A DNA stretch of 64,000 bases from Eledone cirrhosa (GCA_964016885.1 CAXHJY010001173.1:62001-126000); one strand, 5' to 3'. Positions 40,281 to 57,589 are shown, counted from the stretch's first letter. The notes: generated by a model not told the origin, from the letters alone. Translations and numbers: made by a program.

Positions 40281-40281
40281 A

Positions 40282-40360
<79 letters not shown>

Positions 40361-40757
40361 ATATATATATATATACACATATATATACATATATATACAC
40401 ATATATATACATATATATACATATATATATATACATATATATATACATATATATACGTGTATATATATATATACATATATATATATATACATATAAACAT
40501 ATATACATATACATATATACATATATATTCATGTGTATATATATGTGTATATATATATACATATATATATACATATATATATATACATATATATACGTGT
40601 ATATATATACTATATATATACATATATATATTTATATATATATATATATATATACGTGTATATATATATATATACAAACATATATATACGTGTATATATA
40701 TATATATATACATACATATATATATATACATACATATATATATATATATATACATAC

Positions 40758-40830
<73 letters not shown>

Positions 40831-40845
40831 CAAATATATATATAC

Positions 40846-40900
<55 letters not shown>

Positions 40901-41080
40901 TACATATATATACATATATATATACATATATATACATATATATATACATATATATACATACATATATATATATATATACATATATATATACATATATATA
41001 TACATACATATATATACATATTACACATATATATATACATATATATATATATACACATATATATATATACATATATATAC

Positions 41081-41141
<61 letters not shown>

Positions 41142-41240
41142 TACGTGTATATATATATACATATATATATACATATAAACATATACATATATATACATAT
41201 ATATATATACATATATATATATACATATACATATATATAT

Positions 41241-41566
41241 ATAGTTATGTAATAAACAACATAAGGCAATTATTCCATTTACCAGTGGTTTCTTAAAAGC
41301 AAAAAATTTTGCTTTCAATCATCAGAATGAAAAAATCCTGGTGTATTTATTGATATTGGATTCTAAAAATCGGTTTTTAGAATCCAATATCAATAAATAC
41401 ACCAGGATTTTTTCATTCTGATGATTGAAAGCAAAATTTTTTGCTTTTAAGAAACCACTGGTAAATGGAATAATTTCCTTATGTTGTTTATTGCATAACT
41501 ATTAAGCTCTGTTACCTACATAGAGCACTCTTTTTTCCTGGACTTTTCCGACGGAATTACTTCATT

Positions 41567-41570
<4 letters not shown>
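41241..41570. mobile_element. Palindromic pLTR insertion (arms 131 bp, centre 41371/2, tail 41503-41570) with hammerheads 41411-41470 (+) and 41273-41332 (-)
   Basis: UUUCAUU-CUGAUGA-UUGAAAGCAAAA-UU-UUUUGCUUUUAA-GAAA-CCACUG-GUA-AAUGGAA. Confidence 0.9.
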
Positions 41571-41618
<48 letters not shown>

Positions 41619-41642
41619 TGTATATATACGTATATATATATA

Positions 41643-41925
41643 TATATTAACAAAAGGAATTCCAACTTTGTCTGAATTACTCGTTTTATTTACAATCCTT
41701 TAAAATTTGTAATGGTATTAGAATGAAATAGTATGGTAGAATATTAAATGTTAAGTGTTAATTGAACAATTAATACTTAACATTTAATATTCTATCATAC
41801 TATTTCATTCTAATACCATTATAAATTTTAAAGGATTGTAAATAAAACGAGTAATTCAGACAGAGTTGGAATTCTTTTTATTAATATAATCTTCTATACA
41901 CAATCATACACACCCGTGTAATATT
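41643..41925. mobile_element. Second copy of the 33845 family, shorter palindrome (centre 41765/6) lacking the hammerhead
   Basis: Same outer boundary and same tail atcttctatacacaatcatac as 33845-34270. Confidence 0.9.
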
Positions 41926-41933
41926 TATATATA

Positions 41934-42270
41934 TATCTATACTATAAAGCTGACGGCCGTATGTAAGTAACAAACTTTCTGCCAAGCAGCTGGATCAAAC
42001 GGCACCAAATTTGTACCATAGATGTAACTTTTTCCAAGTAAGAATGTGAGGGTATTTTTGTCTACTGAATTTTGTTCAAAGATTAAAGACATTATTTAAA
42101 TATTCACTTCTTTAAAATTATCAAATGTCAACACTTCCGGTTATACAGCATTCCTAATGTCTTCACGAACTAAAGTATCATCTTCCTGTTTTCTTTCGGT
42201 TTCAACGTTTTTCGAAATATTTACTTCTGCGTTCACAGATTGATTTTTTTTTGTTTCAGAAGATCCCGTT
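41934..42270 (+). mobile_element. Helitron-like 5' end
   Basis: Begins atctatactataaagctga..gtatgt..tggatcaaacggcaccaaatttg, typical of animal Helitron 5' termini. A helicase remnant lies 1 kb downstream. Confidence 0.5.
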
Positions 42271-42690
42271 AAGGGTGAAAGCAGCGATTCTTTGCTTAAA
42301 CTTTAATCTGTTATTTTAATATATATATATGGTGGCTGCCAACTCGTTTTCGAGTACGGCCACTACTTTATATCCATGTAGGAGAACCCCTACCGATGCG
42401 CTGAACGAGTGTGACTTTTTAGTCCAGCCAGCGACTTGAAAACTCTGGTACAAACACTACACTTGTGACAATTATTGACACATAGTGCTGGGCCCATGGT
42501 ACCATGTGACGACAAGTGCAGAGAGATCTCCAGATATAAAGCAATGCCTGTGCTATGAAGCTTTTATAGTGAGCAAAGGTACTGCACAAAGCCAGTCCCA
42601 CTCTCTTAACCAAGATGATATTTACCAAAAAGAAGAACAAGTCAACATCATTGGATACCATCAGGGTTGCAGGTGTTATATCAGAGTTTT

Positions 42691-42762
<72 letters not shown>

Positions 42763-43261
42763 TATGTATACGTACATACATATATGTATACAGACGTACA
42801 GTAGTATGTATATATATATATACATACATGCACACACATATATATATATGTACGTATGTATATATATATACAGTAGTATATATGTCCCTATCTACTGTAT
42901 ATATATATGTACGTATGTATACATATATACAGTAGTATGTATATATATATACATAGTAGTATAGTAGTATGTACATACATGCACCATATATATATGTACG
43001 TATTTAAGTAACAGCCGTACAAAGAGTGAGAAATGAAATTTTTTATTTTTTCCGTTTATATATATATATATATAATTATATATTCGTGTACAGATATTTT
43101 TCATACACAAAAACAAAATATAAACAAACGTATTTAATTCACGAAAGCACAGACGATTTACCCTCATTGTTACTGCCGATATGCCACCCAAAAAGTCCTA
43201 GCCTGGCCGCAAGATCAGATTTTGCAGAAGAAAAAATGTTACTAGAGCAACAGAGAGACTA

Positions 43262-43445
43262 AGCTTCGCGATTACCATCAACAAAGCTCAGGGTCAAACC
43301 CTAAAAGTGGCTGGCCTTCATCTGGGAAAACCATGGTCAATTGTATGTAGGATGCTCTAGGGTGAGCTTGCCAAACAATCTCTTCATCTTTGCTCCCAAG
43401 GGCCGAACAAAAAATATTGTATACTCTGAGGCTCTAACAATGTAA
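43262..43445 (+). pseudogene. Helitron Pif1-like helicase C-terminus (frameshifted)
   Basis: Manual translation SFAITINKAQGQTLKVAGLHLGKP / HGQLYVGCSRVSLPNNLFIFAPKGRTKNIVYSEAL*. Confidence 0.9.
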
Positions 43446-44285
43446 TTTATGTATTTTCTGTTACTTGGAATTTCCATTATGGTTGTATAAATTATTATAA
43501 AGTTTGTTAAAAAATTTGTTCTCTGTTCAACCTTTATTGTTGTAACTATCAATTTTCTTTAACATACTGGCTGAGAAAAGAAACCTACAATGAAAGAACA
43601 TCTTAAAGTTTACCCAAGCCAAATGTTGTATTTATTAACATTTCTATCTGCAGGTTCTTAGCAAGCTTACTGGCGCTTTAATATGGTATTCAATTCTCAT
43701 ATCGTTATTGATTGATATGGTGCATATATCGCAGCTATTCATATGTTTTAAACATTAGATAATGATTGCTGATGTATATTGTACGACAGAATTAGCTGAA
43801 AAATATTTTGAATGAACAAATAAAAGAGATATAAAAAAGAGATGTTTGTTGGTTGGTCCCTTCGCGCATCACACGAAAAAAACCCCGAAAAATGAAAATT
43901 AAAAAGTATGTACAGGATTGGGATAAGAGTATATCCAGGAAAGTTTATTGATACTAATTTTATAACACCAAAGAAGAAGAAAGATATACCACATATGCTA
44001 ACCAACACACACACACACACACAAACACACATATATATATACACACACACACCGTAAACAAGACAATGTATTCAATACAGGCTTTTTCTCTTCTGCCGGT
44101 CTTCTCTTATCATTTGTTAACCTTGGCGAACCTGCGTACCTCATCTAGTATGTACATATATATACATATATATATATGCATATACATATATATACACATA
44201 CATATATATATATATACGCATACATATATATATACACATACATATATATATATACACATACATATATATATATATATATATACAT

Positions 44286-44317
<32 letters not shown>

Positions 44318-44667
44318 ACATACATATATATATACACATACACATACATATATATATATACACATACACATATATATATACACATACACATATATATCGA
44401 CACATACATATATATATATATATACATACACATACATATATATATATATACATACACATACATATATATATATATACACATACATATATATATATATATA
44501 CACATATATATATACATATACATATATATACATATACATATATATACACATACATATATATACACATACATATATACATATACACACATGCATATATACA
44601 TATACATACACATACATATATACATATACATATATACATATATATATTCATATACATCTTTATATAT

Positions 44668-44911
44668 TATATTAACAAATGGAAACTATATATATAAAAC
44701 CATATTTATTTCATTATACATATTTCAAGGACACCAAAGCAAATTATGGTGCGCTTTCATCAGATAAAATATAATATAGATCAGTTTTATAAACAAATAT
44801 TGACATACCCTTAAAGAATGCAACCATGTCGGTTGGAATCTTCCGTTGAGTGCTTTATATCAGTTATAAAAATATTTGCTTGTTGTATCCCAACAAATTA
44901 AATATAACTTC

Positions 44912-44914
<3 letters not shown>
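44668..44914. mobile_element. PLE family A insertion: tail-less pLTR (-) with hammerhead 44709-44769 joined to a partial tail (+)
   Basis: 44668-44844 matches 59542-59720; 44845-44914 is the reverse complement of 59449-59518. Confidence 0.85.
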
Positions 44915-44957
<43 letters not shown>

Positions 44958-44971
44958 CACATATATACATT

Positions 44972-45945
44972 CTAGGGCGGGTAAAATTCCCGAGATCCAT
45001 GGACGAGTTATTTCCAGCGGTCTCTGTCCCTCATTATCGCTGCGTCTCCAACAGACCAGTATCTGTCCTTAGGGCATCAACTTATGTTAACCTTTGTCTT
45101 CCTCTTCCAGTGTGTCCATGTAGGGGCTCCCACAGGAGCACTGAGTGCAATGTCAACTCTGGATGTCGGTGAGCACGTCCAGCTAACCTCAGTCTCCTCT
45201 GTTTTTTTGAGTTGACTTTTGGGAGGTTCCCATACAGCTCTGAGTTTTTCATACTCAGTGTATACTGATTAATGTTCAGAGCCATCTGAGTGAGTTTCTT
45301 GGTCAGTGTCCAAGTCTCAGACCCGTACAGCAGCACACACTCCACTACAGCAATGAAGAGGCAGATTTTCAGGTCTTTACGAAGGTCCGACTTCCACATT
45401 GCATGAGGAAGATCTTACAGACTTATGGAATCCCCAAGAAGATAGTGGACCTGACATCACTGCTCTACACCAACACCAAAGCCCAAGTCATTACACCTGA
45501 TGAGATGACAGAGTTCTTTGAGATACTGGCTGGAGTGCTCCAGAGAGATACATTGGCTCTCTACCTTTTTATCATTGTAGTGCACTGGGAAAACACCAGG
45601 ACTCTGGCTTTACTGTAGCACCGGCTCAGAGCAGGAGAGTTAAGGCGAAAAAGATATCGGATGCTGAATTTGCCGACGACATAGTTTTGGTGACAAATAC
45701 AGTGAAGGAGGCAGAGGATTTGATGCAGGAGGTTGAGACTGTGTCGATGAGTGTGGGGCTGAGAATTAATGAGACTAAAACAAAATATCTGGTAGAGAAT
45801 GTTGAGAAGCCAGAGGGTATCACTAATGTAGGCGGAAAGCCGCTAGAATTGGTTGAGGACTTCCTGTATTTGGGAGTAAAGATTGGGAATACGGAAGATG
45901 ATGTGGTTGAGAGGAAGAGCAAAGCCAGGGCGGCGTGCCACAGCT

Positions 45946-45947
<2 letters not shown>
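44972..45947. mobile_element. RTE/RTEX-like LINE with 5' inversion (3' part minus 44972-45402; upstream RT part plus 45403-45947)
   Basis: The plus segment ends ..KARAACHSL and the minus segment begins MWKSDL, which are consecutive in RTE-type proteins. AGVLQRDTLA, FADD, FLYLG motifs. Confidence 0.85.
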
Positions 45948-45990
<43 letters not shown>

Positions 45991-45992
<2 letters not shown>

Positions 45993-47760
45993 AACGAGTA
46001 GGACCCCTACGGCTGAGCTCAAGCCGTTTCGATGGCTAATTCTGGACTAAATGAAAATTTTTATCCTGGTATATGAATAGCCGAGCTTCTCAGGGGGTAA
46101 TTCCATATATGGTAAAAGTGATTGTCACAAGGATTGGTCAAAAGTTTGTTGTTGAAAAACATAATTTGTGGAAGGAAGGGGTAGCTGAACCTGCCAGTAG
46201 AAGAAAGAGGGAGAGGGGTGGAGGAAACCCAGTCGTGCGTAGATAGTGCCAACTACAGCAGGGCAGGAGGTCAAGGAAGTATACTAGGGAGGGGGAGGGG
46301 GAGGAAGTCGAAACAATAAGTAAAACAATATGGGGTAAATATATAGAAAAATACCGAGAATGTTAAAAAAACAATTAAATATAAAAAAAAAAAATTCTGG
46401 TTACTATAACCTAAGGACAGTTATCAAGTTTCTCACTGGTACTGCTAGACTAAAGAAAGGTTTACTCAAACCATCCTAGGAACATCACCAATAACCTGGT
46501 TAAAAACATCTCCCTCCGCATATCTCGTTTGTCCGCTAATGAGCAGATATTCGAGAAACATGCGCCTTATTACAACCAGGCCCTCAAGCAGAGTGGTTTC
46601 CGGGAGGAAATATCCTACTGTCCAGCTTCCATTAGCGGACCCAGCAGGCGACACCGCCGCTCACGCAATGTAACATGGTTCAATCCTCCCCACAACGCCG
46701 AGGTGACAACTCCTATCGGGAAAATCTTCTTTAGGCTCATTGAAAAACACTTCCCACTACAACACCGCTACCACAACATAATTAACAAAAATACCATCAA
46801 ACTCTCCTACAGCACCACACCAAACTTTGCACAAAACATCGTCTCCTCTAACAACAAAAAACTCAACCCCTATGGAAGAAATAACCTAAATAGCAGTGGA
46901 GAGCCGACCAGGAGGTGCAACTGTCCTGATGGATCCATTTTCCCCCTCGACAACAGATGCAGAGATCGTAATGTGATCTACCAGTGCAACGTGAGGACGG
47001 ACACCTCCAACAAAGCTTTTATAGGATTAACCGTATGTGACTTCAAGACCCGGCTATACCAACACAGACATACCTTCCGAAATCCGGCCCGGCGTCACGC
47101 AACTACACTTTCGAGCCACATCTGGGACCTCAAGGATAACAATATTACCTATGATCTCACTTGGAGCTTATTGTCCAGAGCCAACTCTTACACGGGAGGA
47201 CGCCGTCCGTGTAATTTATGCTCGGAGGAAACTTTACAAATGCTGTTTTCGACGGACCAACTCCTAAACAAGAAAGATGAACTGGTAACTGCATGCAAAC
47301 ACAGATTGCGTAGGACTTACCTCGCCCTCAAACCCCATAATGACCCGGGGGGTAGACAAGGGCTATAACACCCCACTTGCCGACTTTGTAATGGGTAACC
47401 CCTGCTTGCAAAGGTAGACGTAAGATCTTCTTTTATATCTTTTTATCGCTTCCTCTATATTTCCTTCTTCCCCCCATCCCTCCCTAATCCTTCCACCCCA
47501 GTCCTCTTTCTTTGTCGTCGTCCTTTTCACTTTCTCGCCCACCCGAGGCAGCCCCTTGGTCCTTTGTAGCATCAGTACCCCCACCCCTTCCCCTATTCTA
47601 TGATATAATTGGCCGACTCCGCTTTTTATAGCAGATGTGATAGACGCCGGATACTTGCCTTCTTATCCGACGGCTGCCCCTTTTCCGTGCTTTCTACATT
47701 TCTTAGTGGTATCTTTGCTTTATATTTTCGTATATCAGTATTTACTTTTTTTGTGGGGGG
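45991..47760 (+). mobile_element. 5'-truncated PLE (thumb + GIY-YIG ORF 46529-47368) preceded by an inverted pLTR (45991-46465) with hammerhead-like motif 46003-46098 (-)
   Basis: WFNPP, CNC..PL..C..NVIYQC..FIGLT..FKTR..H..TTLSSHIWDLK..CNLC.EE..CKH. Confidence 0.9.
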
Positions 47761-47769
47761 AGGGGGGGG

Positions 47770-48300
47770 GGGGTTCTGGGTCATTTGAAGCTGGGTCTGG
47801 GATGCATGGTTAGTTTCCGGATATTTTTTGCAGCGCCTGCCCGCCAGAGTGTTAAAGCTTGTTGCAGGGAGACCCGGTGTACGGTTTCACTCCTCACCCT
47901 TATCCCATCTGAAGAAGGATATTTTTAAGCGATGTGTACAGCTTATTGTCGTTTCAGCTCTGTTGTTGATGAGCTCGTGGGGTGCCGTTACGATGTGGTA
48001 GAGCTCCAGAGGCAAATATCACATTTCCTCTTGAAGTTATAAGGTGCAGCCCTGCCGACAATATCCCAGTGCGTGGAAGTTGATGTTTAAGTCTTTTAAT
48101 GATATGATATAGTCCGAGAGCGAAGTGGAGTGTGTTAATTTCTTATTTGTGAAAGAGTGGAGATGTGTTCGAAATCTAATTTTGAACGGGCCAGAGGTAG
48201 CTCCTATATAATGTTTAACGCTTTTGTAGCTAGTTACAGTGCACCTATATATAACCCTATCAGTCAAGCAGTATCCCCCAAATGGGTAGCGTCAGCAATA
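47770..48300 (-). pseudogene. PLE GIY-YIG fragment
   Basis: VIYRCTV..HYIGATSGPFKIRF..H..TSLSDYI..LK. Confidence 0.8.
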
Positions 48301-48370
48301 CTCTCTCTATATATACATATACACACATATATATACACATACATATATATACACACATATATATACATAC

Positions 48371-48401
<31 letters not shown>

Positions 48402-48491
48402 CCCGCCCCACCCTTGCAAGCAGAGAAAAAGCGGACGTAAAATGAAATGATGATGATGATATACATACATATATACATAGATATATATACA

Positions 48492-48527
<36 letters not shown>

Positions 48528-48539
48528 CATATATATACA

Positions 48540-48854
48540 GATGTGGTTACACAACAGTTAGTTCACCATACCGAGAACAATTGTTTCAACCGTACGAACG
48601 CGCATGCGCAGAAACTCGGTCACTTCACACAGGCAGTACTAGACTGCGTGCGGGAGGTGTAAAGGAGATAACTGCGAAAGTCCGGAAAGATTTTAGGTTT
48701 AAAATAAAATAAATAAAAAAAAATAATAAAATTACAAAGAATCAGTCCGGAGCCTTGTCGTTATGCAATAGATGTTTGGTGACGTGTGGACAACGTGTAA
48801 AAAATTCACTTCTCGTGTTTAGGCAATCACTATTGCGTAATCTCTTTAGGATAG

Positions 48855-48858
<4 letters not shown>
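48540..48858 (-). mobile_element. PLE 3' end (endonuclease C-terminus + UTR, decayed hammerhead ~48575-48635)
   Basis: [14 protein letters not shown]; UGAAGU-GACCG…CGGUU-GAAAC-AAUU-GUU. Confidence 0.65.
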
Positions 48859-48941
<83 letters not shown>

Positions 48942-49067
48942 TATATATATATACACTTATATATATATATATATATACACATATATATATATATATACAC
49001 ATATATATATATATATACACATATATATATATACATATATATATATACACACATATATATACACACA

Positions 49068-49107
<40 letters not shown>

Positions 49108-49149
49108 CACATATATATATATACACACACATATATATATATACACACA

Positions 49150-49955
<806 letters not shown>

Positions 49956-50005
49956 ATATATATATATATATTTATATATACATATATATATATACACATA
50001 TATAT

Positions 50006-50036
<31 letters not shown>

Positions 50037-50084
50037 CATACATATACACACATATATATATATACACATATATATATATACACA

Positions 50085-50118
<34 letters not shown>

Positions 50119-50155
50119 CACATATATCTACATATATATATACATATATATATAT

Positions 50156-50197
50156 GGTGCGTTATGGTCCATTTGGTTCCTTACCACAATTACTTTG

Positions 50198-50272
<75 letters not shown>

Positions 50273-50308
50273 GTATATATATATATGTAGATATATATGT
50301 GTATATAC

Positions 50309-50339
<31 letters not shown>

Positions 50340-50368
50340 CACATATATATCTACATATATATATATAC

Positions 50369-50417
<49 letters not shown>

Positions 50418-51456
50418 CAAAGTAATTGTGGTAAGGAACCAAATGGACCATAACGCACCAGAGTGCTCAATACTTAGGGTAGTAGAGTGTGAAATAGGAA
50501 AAAGTATGACCCGACGGCAGAGCTCAAGCCGTGTCGACGGCTATTTCTGGACTAAATTAGAATTTTTAGCCTGGTGAATAAATAGCCGAACTTTTCGAGG
50601 GGGTACTTTCTTATATGGGAATATTGTAGTTGTCAAGAGGATTGGTTAAAATTTGTTGTAAACACAAATAAGTCTATCATGGCATTTGGTGGGAGGTAGG
50701 GGTGGTAGAACAATAGGGGAGTGAGTGGTGCGGTCAAGCATTGAAAGTGATATGTATACATCAGATTCTAAGGATAGTGTATGAAGTGGGGGAGGGAGGT
50801 TATACGGTAAATCGAAAGAGTAGGAGACAATAAAAGACACTAGAAAGCTCATCGGGCCTGGTAGCATCAATTCCACCACCCCTGTTATTTTCAGATAGAA
50901 TTGGCCGAATACATTTTACTAACTACTTATAGCAGATGCGTTAAAAACCCCTTTAAGTTTGTATTTGTCTTGTAATTTCTATAAGTTTTTTTCTATTCTC
51001 AACTTATTAACCTGTAATTGTAAGATAGCATTGTGATTTCTTTATTCATTTCTCACTATCTAATTTTATATATATATATTTTTTTTTAATTTCTTTTTAG
51101 TATCTTTTATTATCTCCTACTCTATTTTGATTTACCTATTCTATAACCTCCCTCCTCCACTTCATACATGATCCTTAGAATCTGATGCATACTTATCACT
51201 TTCAACACTTGACCGATCCACTCACTCCCTTGTTGTTCTACAGGCCACCACTACCCCCCACCAAATGCCATGATAGACTTATTTGTGTTTACAACAAATT
51301 TCAACCAATCCTCTTGACAGCTACAATCTTCCCATATAAGGAAGTACCCCCTTGAAAATTTCGGCTATTTATTTATCAGGCTAAAAATTATAATTTAGTC
51401 CAGAAATAGCAGTCGAAACGGCTTCAGCTCTGCCGTCGGTGTCATACATTCTCCTA
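50156..51456. mobile_element. Large inverted pLTR pair (50495-50847 / ~51090-51455), tail 50418-50494, and extra inverted copy of the tail end at 50156-50198
   Basis: Arms about 90% identical by eye over the outer 165 bp; homologous to 45991-46160. Confidence 0.85.
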
Positions 51457-52027
51457 TATATATATACATATATATGGTGGCTGCCAACTCGTTTTCGAGT
51501 ATGGCCACTACTTTATATCCATGTAGGAGAAACCCTACCGAAGCGCTGAACGAGTGTGACTTTTTAATCCAGCCAGCGACTTGAAAACTCTGGTACAAAC
51601 ACTACACTTGTGACAATTATTGACACATAGTGCTGGGCTCATGGTACCATGTGAGGACAAGTGCAGAGAGATCTCCAGATACAAAGCAATGCCTGTGCCG
51701 TGAAGCTTTTATAGTGAGCAAAGGCACTGCACAAAGCCACTCCCACTCTCTTAACCAAGATGATATTTACCAAAAAGAAGAACAAGTCAACATCATTGGA
51801 TACCATCAGGGTTGCAGGTGTTATATCAGAGTTTTCCTTCTCCTAGAATTCTGCCTTGACAAAGGCTAAAGGGTCATCTCTCCCGGTGATTTTGGATGGC
51901 CATTGACTCTTAAGAGCTCCTTTGCCCTTTGACAGGTTTTGTTTTTAGTCCTGCAGGATGTCCAAAGTCAACCTCCTCACCAAGAAACCTTGGTGGGGTT
52001 GCCAGTTTAGTCGCCAATGACCCGACC

Positions 52028-54448
<2,421 letters not shown>

Positions 54449-54451
<3 letters not shown>

Positions 54452-54975
54452 AAAAAGTAGCGAAGCAAGCGGTTTTTAAACAATTCTCTAAATAAATTAA
54501 AAAACGATTTAAATAATCACCTGTTCCATTGCTGTTACCGACGGTTTCATCATTCCAAAAGATTGGAAATCCAGAAAATTTCCAATGGAAAGAAATGAAC
54601 CTTCAGACAGCCTATTTCCACACCATAAGGTTGCAAGCCCCAAAGTAAGTAAATATTTCGCTTCCTGCCCAACGCATGCGGTCAAGCCGTTAAAATGACA
54701 CACGCAAAATCAGGTCGCTGATAATAGATTGGAAATTCTCTGGAATTCCAATCTTTTGGTATGATGAAACCGTCGGTAACAGCAATGGAACAGGTGATTA
54801 TTTAAATCGTTTTTTTAATTTATTTAGAGAATTGTTTAATAACCGCTTGCTTCGCTTCTTTTATATTGTTCTGGCATCTCGAATTAGTACCATTGAACCA
54901 CAAGTATTATAAACAACTTGCATATTTCTACAAATACATTGTACCTGTTGAGGTATTCATCCACTTTTATACATT
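54449..54975. mobile_element. Inverted pLTR insertion (arms 54449-54586/54728-54865, tail to 54975) with long-stem-II hammerhead 54531-54611 (-)
   Basis: GCUGU-CUGAAGG-UUCAUU..AUUGGAAAUU-UUCU-GGAUUUCCAAU..AAUGAU-GAAA-CCGUCG-GUA-ACAGC; A9 appears as G. Confidence 0.8.
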
Positions 54976-54978
54976 ATA

Positions 54979-55014
<36 letters not shown>

Positions 55015-56114
55015 GATATATATACATATATATACATATGTATATATATATATATATACATATATATACATATGTATATATATATATATATACATATATA
55101 TACATATGTATATATATATACATACATACATATATATACATATATATATATATACACATACATATATATATACATACATATATATACATATATATATACA
55201 TACATATATATATACATACATATATATATATACATACATATATATATATACATACATACATATATACATATATACATACATATATATATATACATACACA
55301 TACATACATATATACATATATACATACATATATATATATACATACACATACATACATATATACATACATATATATATATACATACATATATATATATACA
55401 TACATATATATATATACATATATACATATATATATACATACATATATATATACATACATATATATATACATACATATATATATACATATGGTGGCTGCCA
55501 ACTCGTTTTCGAGTATGGCCATTACTTTATATCCATGTAGGAGAACCCCTACCGATGCGCTGAACGAGTGTGACTTTTTAGTCCAGCCAGCGACTTGAAA
55601 ACTCTGGTACAAACACTACACTTGTGACAATTATTGACACACAGTGCTGGTACCATGGTACCATGTGACGACAAGTGCAGAGAGATCTCCAGATATAAAG
55701 CAATGCCTGTGCCGTGAAGCTTTTATAGTGAGCAAAGGCACTGCACAAAGCCAGTCCCACTCTCTTAACCAAGATGATATTTATCAAAAAGAAGAACAAA
55801 TCAACATCATTGGATACCATCAGGGTTGCAGGTGTTATATCAGAGTTTTCCTTCTCCTAGAATTCTGCCTTGACAAAGGCTAAGGGGTCATCTCTCCCAG
55901 TGATTTTAGATGGCCATTGACTCTTAAGAGCTCCTTTGCCCTTTGACAGGTTTTGTTTTTAGTCATGCAGGATGTCCAAAGTCACCCTCCTCACCAAGAA
56001 ACCTTGGTGGGGTTGCCAGTTTAGTCGCCAACAACCCGACCATGACATAGGTTGTACTGGGATACATGTAACCAGTAGCATATACATATATACATACATA
56101 TATATATACATACA

Positions 56115-56154
<40 letters not shown>

Positions 56155-56217
56155 CATATACATATATATTTATATATACATATACATATATATATATACA
56201 TATACATATATATATAC

Positions 56218-56252
<35 letters not shown>

Positions 56253-56293
56253 CATATATGTATATATATATATATATATATACATATATATAC

Positions 56294-56350
<57 letters not shown>

Positions 56351-56355
56351 TATAC

Positions 56356-56391
<36 letters not shown>

Positions 56392-56480
56392 GTATATATA
56401 TATATATATATATACATATGTATATATATATATATATATACATATATACATATATATATACATATATACATTATATATAT

Positions 56481-56877
56481 GTAGGAGGTGAGTTTTATTG
56501 TAGTACAATAAAGCAATGCAGATATCGGATAAGAAGCACTCTACAGTTTGTAGGACTGGAGTATACATAATATAAGATCAAAAGATGGTTAAAGGAGTTC
56601 CATGTATTTTATTATGCGCATTTCAAAAACAAACATCATCATGCAATAATATTTTTGTTTTCATCAGATAAAACAGGAGAACATGATATGAAGGCTAAAA
56701 AACACTTGTGGATAGTGCAGTTGATTTAAAACTGCACTATCCACAAGTGTTTTTTAGCCTTCATATCATGTTCTCCTGTTTTATCTGATGAAAACACAAA
56801 TATTATTGCATGATGATGTTTGTTTTTGAAATGCGCATAATAAAATACATGGAACTCCTTTAACCATCTTTTGATCT

Positions 56878-56885
<8 letters not shown>
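56481..56885. mobile_element. Palindromic pLTR insertion (arms 156 bp, centre 56726, tail 56481-56566) with hammerheads 56779-56845 (+) and 56607-56673 (-)
   Basis: UUUUAU-CUGAUGA-AAACACAAAUAUUAU-UGC-AUGAUGAUGUUUGUUUUU-GAAA-UGCGC-AUA-AUAAAA; palindromic stem III AUGCGCAU. Confidence 0.9.
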
Positions 56886-56947
<62 letters not shown>

Positions 56948-57045
56948 TCTACCTGGAGTTGCGACCGATAGATAGTATTAGCAATTGGAAAGACCAACGG
57001 AAACATTGTTTCCTCGGTCCGATTTGACGAAAGTCGATCGTTAAA

Positions 57046-57110
<65 letters not shown>

Positions 57111-57329
57111 CATACATACAAACATAAATATATATATACATACATACATATATATATATACATATATGCATACATATATATATACACATATAAATATATA
57201 TATATATATACATACATATATATATACGTACATATTTATATATACATATATATATATATAAATACATACATATATATACATATATATATATACATACATA
57301 TATATATATATACATATATACATATATAC

Positions 57330-57364
<35 letters not shown>

Positions 57365-57544
57365 CATATATACGTATATATACATATATATATACATATA
57401 TATATATACATATATATATATAAACATATATACATATATATATATACATATACATATATACACTGTGCATCAATATATACATATGTATCTGTATGTCTCT
57501 TGCGTTGGAAAGGAGGTCATGAATGTATACAAACATTAAATAAT

Positions 57545-57589
57545 GCTCTGAAGACGCCAAGCCTAGGTTTGGATGAAACAATTGTAAGC
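57545..57589 (+). ncRNA. Type I hammerhead in pLTR remnant 57490-57633
   Basis: GCU-CUGAAGA-CG-CCAAGCC-UA-GGUUUGG-AU-GAAAC-AAUU-GUA-AGC; palindromic stem III ACAAUUGU. Confidence 0.75.
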
